This document shows positions 38,884 through 47,726 of a stretch of DNA of 64,000 nucleotides, in pieces. Under the pieces are notes generated by a model. The model had not been told where the DNA came from. It ran no database searches and saw only the letters and a program-made list of their open reading frames with translations. Within the stretch, counting starts at the first letter, position 1; the number at the start of each line of letters is the position of its first letter. The DNA comes from Candidatus Rifleibacteriota bacterium. GTDB taxonomy: Bacteria; Muiribacteriota; Ozemobacteria; Ozemobacterales; Ozemobacteraceae. The stretch is taken from assembly GCA_051747585.1 (NCBI GenBank), contig JBNJGH010000003.1, positions 13,286 through 77,285 of the forward strand, in the 5' to 3' direction. Made by a program: the position numbers and the translations under genes.

Positions 38884-40578
38884 TTACCAGTTTGTTATTT
38901 TAAAAGTATTAGACAGACTGACCTGTAAGTCTGAACTGGTTGAAGTATAGTCGATACTTATTCGTGAAACGTCGTCAACTGCCTCGCCAAAATAAATTTG
39001 ATCGCTTAAAAGATTGCCAAAGTAAGCCCACTTCATTGAAGATTGCAAAGTTGGATCTATCGGGATCCAACCGCGACGGGGGAAAAACACTTCACACCAG
39101 GCATGACCAATAGAGGTCTCTTGCCCCATTAATTCAGGTTTAACCAGAAAGCCGGTCACCATTCTGGCAGGTTTTTGTTTACGCAAACACAGCGCTGCCA
39201 GCATGCGGGAATATTCGGTACAATCACAGTTGTCAGGATTATTAAAGGCCCATTCAACCGAATAATCCTTAAAATTTTCTTTATATTTCAACCCATCATT
39301 AACGGCAATAGTAGCTGTTTGCACATAATTGCCGCCTCTTCGCTCGATTCTGTCTGCCATAAGCGCAAGCAAAGAATTGTTAACTGCATACTTTTCGCTT
39401 AAATTATTGTAATCGATTGCAGGAACACTTATGCTTTGATCTGCCATATCGGTTGCAAGTAGTGGCCTGGTCTTGATTCTGTAGACAAGCTTGAGAGTGA
39501 AATCAGGCTTTATATATTCTTTTGGTACAGAGAGTCTCAAGTAGCCATTAGATTTTTTTTCAGTAATTCTAGCTCTGCTGTTTGATCCCCCCGATAATAT
39601 TTGAGCCTGCACAAGTTTAGCGCTCTGATGTGACTCAATATCGGGCACAGGCTTTACCAGAAAATCAAGCCTCTCAATATTTGAAGGCCGGGTTACCCTG
39701 ACCTTAATTTTTTCTTCGAGTCTGAAATCCTGGGGTTCAAGGGCAAATAAAATTCTTTCCAGACTTTCTTTATTCAAAAGGTTTGAAAATCTGCGCAAAA
39801 CCTTTTTACATTCATTTGCCAGCCCATCAAGCTGCCCTGCATAAAACCTGGCTCTTATCCAGGCATCATGAGAGTAGCCTTTGTTATCAAGTGGCATTGC
39901 CGCTTCAAAAGCTCTTATCGCAGGGTTATAGTCTTGCCGCTCAAGGTAATGTAAACCAAGCATATAATGAGGGTAGGCATCATTTGTGCTGGTAAAAGCA
40001 GTATTTTTTAGAATATTAAAAGCGCTTTCTTTATAACCGGCATTTTCATAAGCGGTTGCAAGCGCCACAGCAAGCGATACGTTTTCCTGGTCTCTTTCGA
40101 GTGCATAGTTTAAGAATGCAATTGCATCTAATGGGCGTTCCATGTCGTTGAGCAAAATTAATCCAGCTATCTGAGCAGCTTGAGAATTTTCCGGATCAAG
40201 AGCCATAACCTTTCTGGCAAGCTCAACGGCTAAAACGGCCTTGCCTTCTATTTTTCTTGCTGCCAACAATCTGTTGTTCCAGAAGCCCTTCTCTCCAGGC
40301 GCTAGTTTGCATGCCCGGGAAAAATAGGTTTCTGCAGCCTTATAATTTTTATTTCGCAACTCCTCTAGCCCCTGATTGTTGTATTCAACTGCCTGATTAA
40401 AGTCTGACACTTCAGCCTGCCGAAATTTCATATCCGGCAATTTAACCCTGAGAGTGCGATTAAAGCTCAAGAACTGTTTTTCTCTGGGAAAAAAGCGCTC
40501 AATAAGTTTCTGATCAAAAGCATGCAAAAACTGCGGCAATGCCAGGAAAAATAAAAAGAAAACTATTGCCTTTTTCAT
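38884..40578 (-). CDS. Exported TPR + transglutaminase-like domain protein
   Basis: Signal peptide from ATG 40578; TPRs; Cys-His-Asp triad in DCTEY, GHAWCE, IDPT. Confidence 0.85.
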   Translation of the reverse strand: MKKAIVFFLFFLALPQFLHAFDQKLIERFFPREKQFLSFNRTLRVKLPDMKFRQAEVSDFNQAVEYNNQGLEELRNKNYKAAETYFSRACKLAPGEKGFWNNRLLAARKIEGKAVLAVELARKVMALDPENSQAAQIAGLILLNDMERPLDAIAFLNYALERDQENVSLAVALATAYENAGYKESAFNILKNTAFTSTNDAYPHYMLGLHYLERQDYNPAIRAFEAAMPLDNKGYSHDAWIRARFYAGQLDGLANECKKVLRRFSNLLNKESLERILFALEPQDFRLEEKIKVRVTRPSNIERLDFLVKPVPDIESHQSAKLVQAQILSGGSNSRARITEKKSNGYLRLSVPKEYIKPDFTLKLVYRIKTRPLLATDMADQSISVPAIDYNNLSEKYAVNNSLLALMADRIERRGGNYVQTATIAVNDGLKYKENFKDYSVEWAFNNPDNCDCTEYSRMLAALCLRKQKPARMVTGFLVKPELMGQETSIGHAWCEVFFPRRGWIPIDPTLQSSMKWAYFGNLLSDQIYFGEAVDDVSRISIDYTSTSSDLQVSLSNTFKITNW

Positions 40579-40672
40579 CTTATTAATATTATCACCCGCA
40601 TTGCGTGCAAACAACCAATTTTAGATCAGTAATTCCCGGCCAAAGAAAAATCGACTGCTTTTAAGAATGAAA

Positions 40673-41211
40673 ATGCATCACACTAAGCCTCAGAGCCACG
40701 GCGTTCACAAAGAAGAAATAAAATAAAAAAAGTGCATCTCGCAAAGATCGCCAGGTTCGCTAAGTCCGCAACGAAGAAATATTTCAACAAGCTTCAGACT
40801 TTTTCATTACAAATTCTTAGTATATTTTTAACCACAGAGCCCGCAGAGCTGCACAGAGAATCTTTTCAGCCATTGTTCCGTTTGTCAACAAGGGTTCAGA
40901 AAAACACTGGTGTTTTTCTGAACCCTTGCTGACAAACGGAAAGCCGGACGGTGAAACCGCCGGCTGATTGTCCCATGGACAATCAAGGGCAGAAAAAGAA
41001 AAAAACAACTCGGTGACCTCAGTGATCTCTGTGGTTTAAATTCTTTGCGCTCTTTGCGGCTTGGCGAGATGTTTTTTTCAGGATTCGACAACGATGACGG
41101 GCAGGATGCCCTAATGCTGGGGCACCTGAGGATGCAGTGCGCCCCAATGCAACGATTACGATAACCGCTTCGCTGAGCACGAGCACGATTTTTCTTTTGT
41201 GTGAGGCAATT
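40673..41211 (-). repeat. Nested palindromic element, copy 3 (core ~40860-40998); left direct repeat of the Rpn gene
   Basis: Aligns over most of its length with 42342-42907 apart from the inverted core; ends at the Rpn stop codon. Confidence 0.92.
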
Positions 41212-42217
41212 ATTTTTTGCGGGTTTTTTTGGTTTTTCGCTTTGCTTTATATTTGCCGGTTGGTTCTGAGACTTTGTTCTTTTCTGCCAGCTGTTCGATT
41301 TGTTTAATAGAAAGCTCGGTAATTTCACTTATTTCTTCAAAAGACTTGCCCCTGGCAATCATTTTAAGAGCAATTTTCTCGCATCTTAATTGATCACCCT
41401 TTTCTATACCTTCTTCAAGGCCTTCTTTGCGGCCTTCTTTGCGGCCTTCTTTGCGGCCTTCTTCAAGGCCCTCGAATTTGCCGACACCATAAGTTGAGTC
41501 AACCATGCTGGCCTGGTAACTGAGATCGGCAAGGTAAGCTTCGTATTCCTGGCGCTCTTTATCGCTCATTTTTAAAATGTCGAGCTTTTTTTGCGCCTTT
41601 TTTAAGCCCTTAGCCTTGAAATTGTCTTTGATTTTTCCGTTTTTGAGAAAATATATCCATTCATCGAGGGTATTTTTTGCCACATCGTCAAAGTTTTTGA
41701 CCTTGATTACATACATTTCAGGAAAAAGCTGTGAAGGATGGTCTTTTTTGAGGCATTTTCGCTGCAGCGGACTCAGGGTAAGCTCTTCGTTTTTATGAAC
41801 GCCCTTAAAAGTGGTAGTGCCATGATAGATATAATCGCTACCCTTGCCGAGATCGAAATAAACTATGGCTACAGAAATAACCTTAACTATTTCAGAGTAT
41901 TTCTGACCCTCTTTAAAGTGCTCGGTTATGGCTTTGGCAACCCCGAACAAAACCCGCTGCAAAAAGTCTATTTCCCTTTGATATTGAACCTCAATTAAAA
42001 TTATTTCGCCTTTGTGGGTTTTGCATTTTAAATCGAGCCGGCTGAATTTATCATGTGATGTTTCTTTGTTGCTTTCGCTTTCAAGAATCTCGACAATGGT
42101 GATTTTATTGCCAAGCAACTCAGTCAGAAAACCTTCTAAAATATCAAAATTGGCTTTACTGCGTAAAAGCCGTTTCATCGCCCAGTCAAAACTGACAAGT
42201 TTTCGAGTTGAAGCCAT
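41210..42217 (-). CDS. Rpn family recombination-promoting nuclease / PD-(D/E)XK putative transposase
   Basis: SFDWAMKRLL, RLDLKC....IILIEVQ, LDEWIYFLK, GxEE/GRKE repeats, IALKMI..G...EEISEITELS. Confidence 0.92.
   Translation of the reverse strand: MASTRKLVSFDWAMKRLLRSKANFDILEGFLTELLGNKITIVEILESESNKETSHDKFSRLDLKCKTHKGEIILIEVQYQREIDFLQRVLFGVAKAITEHFKEGQKYSEIVKVISVAIVYFDLGKGSDYIYHGTTTFKGVHKNEELTLSPLQRKCLKKDHPSQLFPEMYVIKVKNFDDVAKNTLDEWIYFLKNGKIKDNFKAKGLKKAQKKLDILKMSDKERQEYEAYLADLSYQASMVDSTYGVGKFEGLEEGRKEGRKEGRKEGLEEGIEKGDQLRCEKIALKMIARGKSFEEISEITELSIKQIEQLAEKNKVSEPTGKYKAKRKTKKTRKK
41409..41468 (-). repeat. Intragenic 12-bp tandem repeat (5 units) in the Rpn gene
   Basis: ccttcttcaagg + 3x ccttctttgcgg + ccttcttcaagg, encoding GLEE-GRKE-GRKE-GRKE-GLEE. 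Confidence 0.9.
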
Positions 42218-42250
42218 TGTTTACCTCTGAATGCAGTGTTCTTGACTCTA

Positions 42251-42279
42251 ATTTTACGCTGATGCAATTTAAATAGCAA
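42251..42279 (-). promoter_or_regulatory. Putative sigma70 promoter of the Rpn gene
   Basis: Minus strand TTGCTA-17 nt-TAAAAT; RBS gagg before ATG 42217. Confidence 0.5.
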
Positions 42280-42341
42280 ATTTACCTTAAATTCCCAGCA
42301 ACATGCGTGTTAACTGCTATCAGCTGCTCTCAAGAAAGAAT

Positions 42342-42907
42342 ATGCATCACGCTAAGCCTCAGAGCCACGAGGTTCACAAAGAAGAAATCAAATAAAAAAA
42401 GTGCATCTCGCAAAGATCGCCAGGTTCGCTAAGTCCGCAATAAAGAAATGTTTCAACAAGCTTCGGATTTTTTCATTTCAAATTCATAGTAGATTATAAA
42501 CCACAGAGTCCTCAAAGGTGCACAGAGGATCTTTTTCAGCCTTGGATTGTCCTTTGGACAATCAGCCGGCGGTTTCACCGTCCGGCTTTCCCTTCATTAA
42601 TAACAGGGTAGAAAAGCACCAGTGTTTTTCTACCCTGTTATTAATGAAGGGAACAATGGCTGAAAAAGATTAAGAAATCAGCTCTGTGATCTCGGTGATC
42701 TCTGTGGTTTAAATTCTTAGCGCTCTTTGCGGCTTGGCGAGATGTTTTTTTTCAGGATTCGACAACGATGACGGGCAGGATGCCCTAATGCTGGGGCGCC
42801 TGAGGATGCACTATGCCCCACGATTACGATGACGATTACCGCTTCGCTGAGCACGAGCACGAGCACGAGTTTTCTTTTTGCCTTAGCGGCTTTGGGTGAG
42901 GCAATTA
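42342..42907 (-). repeat. Nested palindromic element, copy 4 (core 42529-42670); right direct repeat of the Rpn gene
   Basis: Same flanks as copy 3 with the core inverted and a different long stem; ends next to the stop of the 42909..45299 gene. Confidence 0.92.
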
Positions 42908-42908
42908 A

Positions 42909-45299
42909 TTAAAGTTCTACTTCGAGTCTTTCGAGGAGAATTGCGAATTCTTCTTTGCCAGGCTTGGAGAAATACATTCTGCGATTTGCATATTTAAAGT
43001 ATGGAAAAAGGCCGAAAGCCTCGGTTCCATCTCGTGATAATACTACCAGCTCAGACTCAGGCAATTCTATGCCTGGTCTTTTATCAGGTTTCAGGGCAAC
43101 GGCAAGAGGCCCGGTCAGATCTGCAAAAGGCACTTTGGTACCTTTAGGCGTCTTCATAACTATTGAATTGTTTAAAATTGATTTAGTACCCCGCAAAATT
43201 TCAGCAAGCCCTTCAACTGCCTGGGGAATAGTTTCGTTCAAAGGCTCGATAGGCTGCTTCAAATACTCGCGTAGTTCGCGCAACATCATTAAAGGGTTAG
43301 TATCAGATGAGTCGGAAAGAATTTTGGACAAAGAAAAGGTAAAAAATACCGGGTTTTCTTTTGACTGCTTCATTGCCAAAGCAAAATTATGCAGACAACG
43401 TAAAGCGGTTGGCCCGATCAAATGACCTTTAAGACAGTCTTTAACGCTTTTTTCAAGCATTGCTGAGGGCGGAGCAAAAAACATACAAGATTGCAAAAAA
43501 CACAAATTAAGATAGGCAATCAGATTATCGCTGACTTTGTTTATAACGTTTAGCAGTTGCTCTTCCGATGCAGGTTTAAAAAGCACCGAGAAAGGCGTTG
43601 AAATAAAAGAAGGAAATCTCGAGATAATAGTTTGAGCCGCAGGAATTGGTTGGATTTTGATTAAATTTTTGCTTTCTCTGGCGGGTCGCTCTTTTGACTT
43701 TGTCTTTTTTTCAGGAGCATCTGTTGGTAATTTTTTGGGCGGCGGTTTGATAGTAGTCGCTTCTTTTTGCTCTTCTTTTTTTTCAACTTCCGCCTCAGCC
43801 TTTTCAGATACTGATTCTTTTATATCGCCCTTTTGATCTTCTAAAGAAGCGTTCTTTACTTCTTTTTCACTGGCTTCTTCTGTTTTTTGGTTTTCGTCTG
43901 TTTTTTGGACTTCAGCAGCTTCTTGCAGAGCTAATTCATTCTGAATTTCAATTTCTTCTGTGCCACTATCATCTATCTGTTGACTGATTTCTTCAAAATC
44001 TACATTCTCTATTTCAACGCTTTCAATCTGGGAACTTTCGTGCTTTTTAGAAGATTGTTCCTCTGCTTCAGATTGAGCGAGTGAATCATCATCAGCCTTA
44101 TTCGCAACAACCGAGTCATCTTCTAGTTTTTTCTCATCGTTTTCTTTTTGTGGTTCTGCCTCTATAATCTCTGCGTTATCATCTATTTCGCTGATTGCAC
44201 TCTGCTCTTTTTCAAATTCAAGATTTTCCTTCAGGGCGTCATCTTTTTCTATAACCAACTCTTCGGTATCTTTCTCGTCTGTCTTATCCTCTGCTTCATC
44301 AGAAAATGTCTCTACCGAATTAGCAAAATCTTGTATTTCTTCGGGGCTGGTCTGAGCAAGTTCTGCTTCAATTTTTTCATTTTCTGCTCGTTTCTTTTCT
44401 TCTTCTTCCATGCGCTTTCGTCTTTTTTCTTCCATTTCCTGTTTGAACGAGACGAACTCCCCGTCTTTTTTTTCGTCAGCCTGGGCCTGGGCCTTATCTT
44501 TAGAGGCATCTGCTTTGCTCTCTATCTTATTTTTTTGAAGTCTTTCTCGCTTTCGCTTACTTACAAAAGGAATGGAATCAAGTTCCTTTAAGGCTTCTCT
44601 TGCTTTTTTTGCAACCAGAGGATGGTTATGATACTGAACCTTGGCAATAACTTTTCTAAGATCATTATTTATTAACAATGGAAGAAAAGGGGCAACATTC
44701 TGCAAAACCCATTCATCCGGAGAACCCAAAGCATAATCCAGAATAATTTTCATCTGTTCCGAAGGCAGAGCTTTAATTACTTTAAAAGCAGTTTCAGAAA
44801 CAAGCTTATCCGCATCAGTTACCAGGTTCAGCACCTGAGCAAAATGGGTAGGTCTGCCACTGTTAACTGCTACCTGGCATGCCATCGCTCTAACTTCCGG
44901 GTCAATGTGGTTTAGGCAGGCATCCATAAAGTCGTGTGCTTTTGTTGGTATTGTTTCTCCCATTGCGCCCATGGTTGCTATCAACATCTGACTACTGCCA
45001 TGGGTTGCCAGGTATTCCCACATTTTCTGATTCATTTCTGTGGTTCCGGACTTTCGCTGTAAATGCTCGAGGATCTGGCGTTCTAAAGACGGGTCTCGCG
45101 GAAAAGCTTCAAGAGTAAGACAGGTCTGGGCAATCAATATGGCGATTTCTTCGTTCTTTTCGTATATCGCGGCTTCTTTGAGGTCGGGAATTAGATTGTG
45201 CCGACGATCAAACAAAATTCGATACACGGCTTCTTTTCTAACATCGGGTTCGGTGCTGTAAAGCCGTGAAATTATTTCTTTTTCCCTGAGATTTCGCAT
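42909..45299 (-). CDS. HEAT-repeat protein with long acidic low-complexity linker
   Basis: PDVRKEAV, DPEVRAMA and PLVAKKAREAL HEAT-like repeats; E/D/K-rich middle; globular C-terminus. Confidence 0.75.
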   Translation of the reverse strand: MRNLREKEIISRLYSTEPDVRKEAVYRILFDRRHNLIPDLKEAAIYEKNEEIAILIAQTCLTLEAFPRDPSLERQILEHLQRKSGTTEMNQKMWEYLATHGSSQMLIATMGAMGETIPTKAHDFMDACLNHIDPEVRAMACQVAVNSGRPTHFAQVLNLVTDADKLVSETAFKVIKALPSEQMKIILDYALGSPDEWVLQNVAPFLPLLINNDLRKVIAKVQYHNHPLVAKKAREALKELDSIPFVSKRKRERLQKNKIESKADASKDKAQAQADEKKDGEFVSFKQEMEEKRRKRMEEEEKKRAENEKIEAELAQTSPEEIQDFANSVETFSDEAEDKTDEKDTEELVIEKDDALKENLEFEKEQSAISEIDDNAEIIEAEPQKENDEKKLEDDSVVANKADDDSLAQSEAEEQSSKKHESSQIESVEIENVDFEEISQQIDDSGTEEIEIQNELALQEAAEVQKTDENQKTEEASEKEVKNASLEDQKGDIKESVSEKAEAEVEKKEEQKEATTIKPPPKKLPTDAPEKKTKSKERPARESKNLIKIQPIPAAQTIISRFPSFISTPFSVLFKPASEEQLLNVINKVSDNLIAYLNLCFLQSCMFFAPPSAMLEKSVKDCLKGHLIGPTALRCLHNFALAMKQSKENPVFFTFSLSKILSDSSDTNPLMMLRELREYLKQPIEPLNETIPQAVEGLAEILRGTKSILNNSIVMKTPKGTKVPFADLTGPLAVALKPDKRPGIELPESELVVLSRDGTEAFGLFPYFKYANRRMYFSKPGKEEFAILLERLEVEL

Positions 45300-45376
45300 A
45301 GTTTTTTATGATTCAATTTTATCTTTATTTGCCGGCTGAAACAACAGGTAAAATCATCGCGATTATCATAAGTTAA

Positions 45377-45570
45377 GAGATTGCTTCGTCGGCTTCGGCC
45401 AGATCAGCCGATCTGACCTACTCTCCTCGCAATGACATATTGCGCGGTCCCTGAGCGAAGTCGAAGGGACCAGGTAACTGTTCTTTGGTGGTTTTGACGG
45501 GCAGGATGCCCTAATACTGGGGCACATGAGGATACAAAGTGCCCCAGTGCGACTAACGCTCAACCACCAA
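45377..45570. repeat. Mosaic of short palindromic REP-like modules
   Basis: gagattgcttcg...cgcaatgac; GTAG-type palindrome 45398-45421; ggtccctgagcgaagtcgaagggacc; gacgggcaggatgccc module shared with 41096 and 42770. Confidence 0.85.
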
Positions 45571-45572
45571 AT

Positions 45573-45607
45573 AAAAAAGCGGCTCGTCTCGAGCCGCTTT
45601 TTTTTTT
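45573..45607. terminator. Intrinsic terminator downstream of the FmdB-like gene (bidirectional form)
   Basis: aaaaaa-gcggctcg-tct-cgagccgc-t10. Confidence 0.85.
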
Positions 45608-45617
45608 AATTTTTATA

Positions 45618-45968
45618 TTATAAAAAGGCTGCGGACGGAACCGTTGTATCGCTTTTAGTTGAAGTAGATGTGTCGCTTTTTGATTCAGATGAAGGTTTAG
45701 CCTCTTTTTTCTCTCCGCTTTTTTCCTTGCCTTTGTCATCTTTTGATTTTGCAGACTCGTTATCTCTCTTTTTCGCTTCAAGATAACCGGAGTCGCGATA
45801 ATCAGTCGAATAAAAACCAGACCCTTTAAAAATAACCGAGCTGGCTGACATCAGCTTCTGACCGACCCCGTTACAATCCGGGCAATGCTGTGGATCTTTA
45901 CAGGACATTGAATGAAAGGCATCAAATACTTTATTGCATTTTTTACATTTATAACTATAGGTAGGCAT
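45618..45968 (-). CDS. FmdB-family zinc-ribbon protein (Ruc/Rv0991c-like)
   Basis: MPTYSYKCKKC...CPDC...IFKGSGFYSTDYR followed by a disordered K/S/E-rich tail; RBS aggagg. Confidence 0.9.
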   Translation of the reverse strand: MPTYSYKCKKCNKVFDAFHSMSCKDPQHCPDCNGVGQKLMSASSVIFKGSGFYSTDYRDSGYLEAKKRDNESAKSKDDKGKEKSGEKKEAKPSSESKSDTSTSTKSDTTVPSAAFL

Positions 45969-45999
45969 TTACCTTTCCTCCTGAATTAGAAAGCAGAGT

Positions 46000-46026
46000 T
46001 TAGCACTCTTATTATCAGAGTGCTAA
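46000..46026. promoter_or_regulatory. CIRCE element (HrcA operator)
   Basis: Perfect TTAGCACTC-N9-GAGTGCTAA, 32 bp upstream of the FmdB-like start. Confidence 0.95.
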
Positions 46027-46027
46027 C

Positions 46028-46056
46028 AATCTATCATAACCCGGCAGCCTGTTCAA
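46028..46056 (-). promoter_or_regulatory. Putative sigma70 promoter adjoining CIRCE
   Basis: Minus strand TTGAAC-17 nt-TAGATT with TGn extension. Confidence 0.55.
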
Positions 46057-47701
46057 GAAAAATATCGCAATCTTTTAACAGTTGCTGGCTTTCATTGCCG
46101 GTATAAACGAAACAAACCAGCTGATTCAATCTATTAAATTCCTTTTTGTATTTATCATCTGACATATCGATTTTTTTTAAACGTTTTGCAGATGTTTCGA
46201 TTTGCATTTTTGTTTTTTCATCAGGTATTGGCAAGGGAATTGACCTGATTTGTGAGACCGTTATATGAAAACTGTGATAATTGCCGCTAAACCATGCATT
46301 AACCAAAAGACTGTTTAAGACAGCTTCCAAATACAATAACGAAATTCTTTTATTTTCTGACAAAATAAATGATAAAGAATTTTTGGGGTAAAAACCTTTT
46401 TCATCAAGTGCGGCCACAATACGTATTTTTAATTTTTCATTACGAATATTCTGGTATAACAGCTTATTCCCCGCAAAAATTTCGGGTTTACCTGCATAGG
46501 CAAGATGTTTACCATAATCTATATATTTGCCATTCCAGTTAATTTTAAATGGAGTTATCTCTTTTCCTTTTAAAACCGGACGAAAATTATCGGCCAATTT
46601 CTGGTCATAAACAAACTTTGAAACCGTTCCCTTTCTTTTCTGGGCTTCTTGGATGCCGACCCCGACCTTGCAAAGGCTTCCTAAAGTTGGAAATTTTTGC
46701 TCCCAAAAAGCAAAGATTTCTTTTAATGCCGCGGGCACTATGCTTTGTCTGAGCCCCTTGCCTTCGACAAGCTCAGCTAACTCAGCCCGGTGGCAATTTT
46801 TCCAAACTCCATCGCTTTTGTAATCACTATGAATTTTAACAATACCGGCTTTTTGGGCAGGTTGTTTTACCAGGTGAGTAACAACGGGCAACACGCCCGG
46901 AGCTTTGGGAAAAAATCTGCCGGGTAATAAAAAAATATTTTTTACCCGGTTGGCGAAAACATGTTTGCGAATTGCCTTGCATTGATGGTTTACCAAATAA
47001 GTATGAGACGTCAAAAATAGCAGATTTCCCTGTTTTTTTAACATTTCAATTGATTTTTCAATAAAAAATGTATAAAGATCTTTTTCGCCCTCTGTCGTTT
47101 TGTAGGTTTTGAGCAGATAGTTTTTAAGCTGCTGGGAAAGATTTACTTTGTAGGGAGGATTCCCAAGAATTAAAGAAAATTTTGTTTTAATTGAAGTAGT
47201 AAGAAAATTTTCACATCGCAAGACAGGCCACCCGGCTTTTGGAAAAGAAGAAAGCAATCGGCCAAGGCATACAAGTAAAGCCTGATTATCTATGTCATAA
47301 CCAAAAAGTCTATTTAAAAATTTTGTTTTATCGTTGTTGGACTTCAGTCTATTTGCAACTGCGAGCAAAAAACTACCATCACCGCAAGCTGGGTCCAGCA
47401 TTTTGCCTTTTAAATCAGGCTCAATTTTATTGAGTATTTGCTCGGCAAAAACATCGGGCGTGTAATACTGACCTGAATTTCTTTTCAGCGTCTTAACCCG
47501 GCTTTCTAAATCGGGAATATCATGTCCTTTGCTCAATTTAAGACTGAAGCTGCTATCTTGCAGATCTTTCGCCCAGGCTAAAATATATTCGGGCGCAGCT
47601 AATTCAAGCAGAATTTCATAAGGAGTTTCAGGAAAAGCAGCAGAAAACCGCTTTTCGATGGTATTTTTGAACCATGCAAATAAACTGGCTTTCTGCTGCA
47701 A
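46034..47701 (-). CDS. N6-adenine DNA methyltransferase, gamma class, with TaqI-like C-terminal specificity domain
   Basis: GQYYTP, LDPACGDGSFL, GNPPY, DLYTFFIE, LEAVLNS..., IRSIPLP. Confidence 0.88.
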   Translation of the reverse strand: MQQKASLFAWFKNTIEKRFSAAFPETPYEILLELAAPEYILAWAKDLQDSSFSLKLSKGHDIPDLESRVKTLKRNSGQYYTPDVFAEQILNKIEPDLKGKMLDPACGDGSFLLAVANRLKSNNDKTKFLNRLFGYDIDNQALLVCLGRLLSSFPKAGWPVLRCENFLTTSIKTKFSLILGNPPYKVNLSQQLKNYLLKTYKTTEGEKDLYTFFIEKSIEMLKKQGNLLFLTSHTYLVNHQCKAIRKHVFANRVKNIFLLPGRFFPKAPGVLPVVTHLVKQPAQKAGIVKIHSDYKSDGVWKNCHRAELAELVEGKGLRQSIVPAALKEIFAFWEQKFPTLGSLCKVGVGIQEAQKRKGTVSKFVYDQKLADNFRPVLKGKEITPFKINWNGKYIDYGKHLAYAGKPEIFAGNKLLYQNIRNEKLKIRIVAALDEKGFYPKNSLSFILSENKRISLLYLEAVLNSLLVNAWFSGNYHSFHITVSQIRSIPLPIPDEKTKMQIETSAKRLKKIDMSDDKYKKEFNRLNQLVCFVYTGNESQQLLKDCDIFLEQAAGL

Positions 47702-47726
47702 TTAATAGCTCCGAATTAAGCGAACT

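Noticed and set aside
42600..42610. ATAACAGGGTA matches part of the I-SceI site
   Set aside because: Only 11 of 18 bp match, inside a variable stem; best explained as chance.
40673..42907. Integron attC sites or a composite IS around the Rpn gene
   Set aside because: No clear RYYYAAC/GTTRRRY box arrangement, no integrase, no transposase inside the repeats and no evident target-site duplication.
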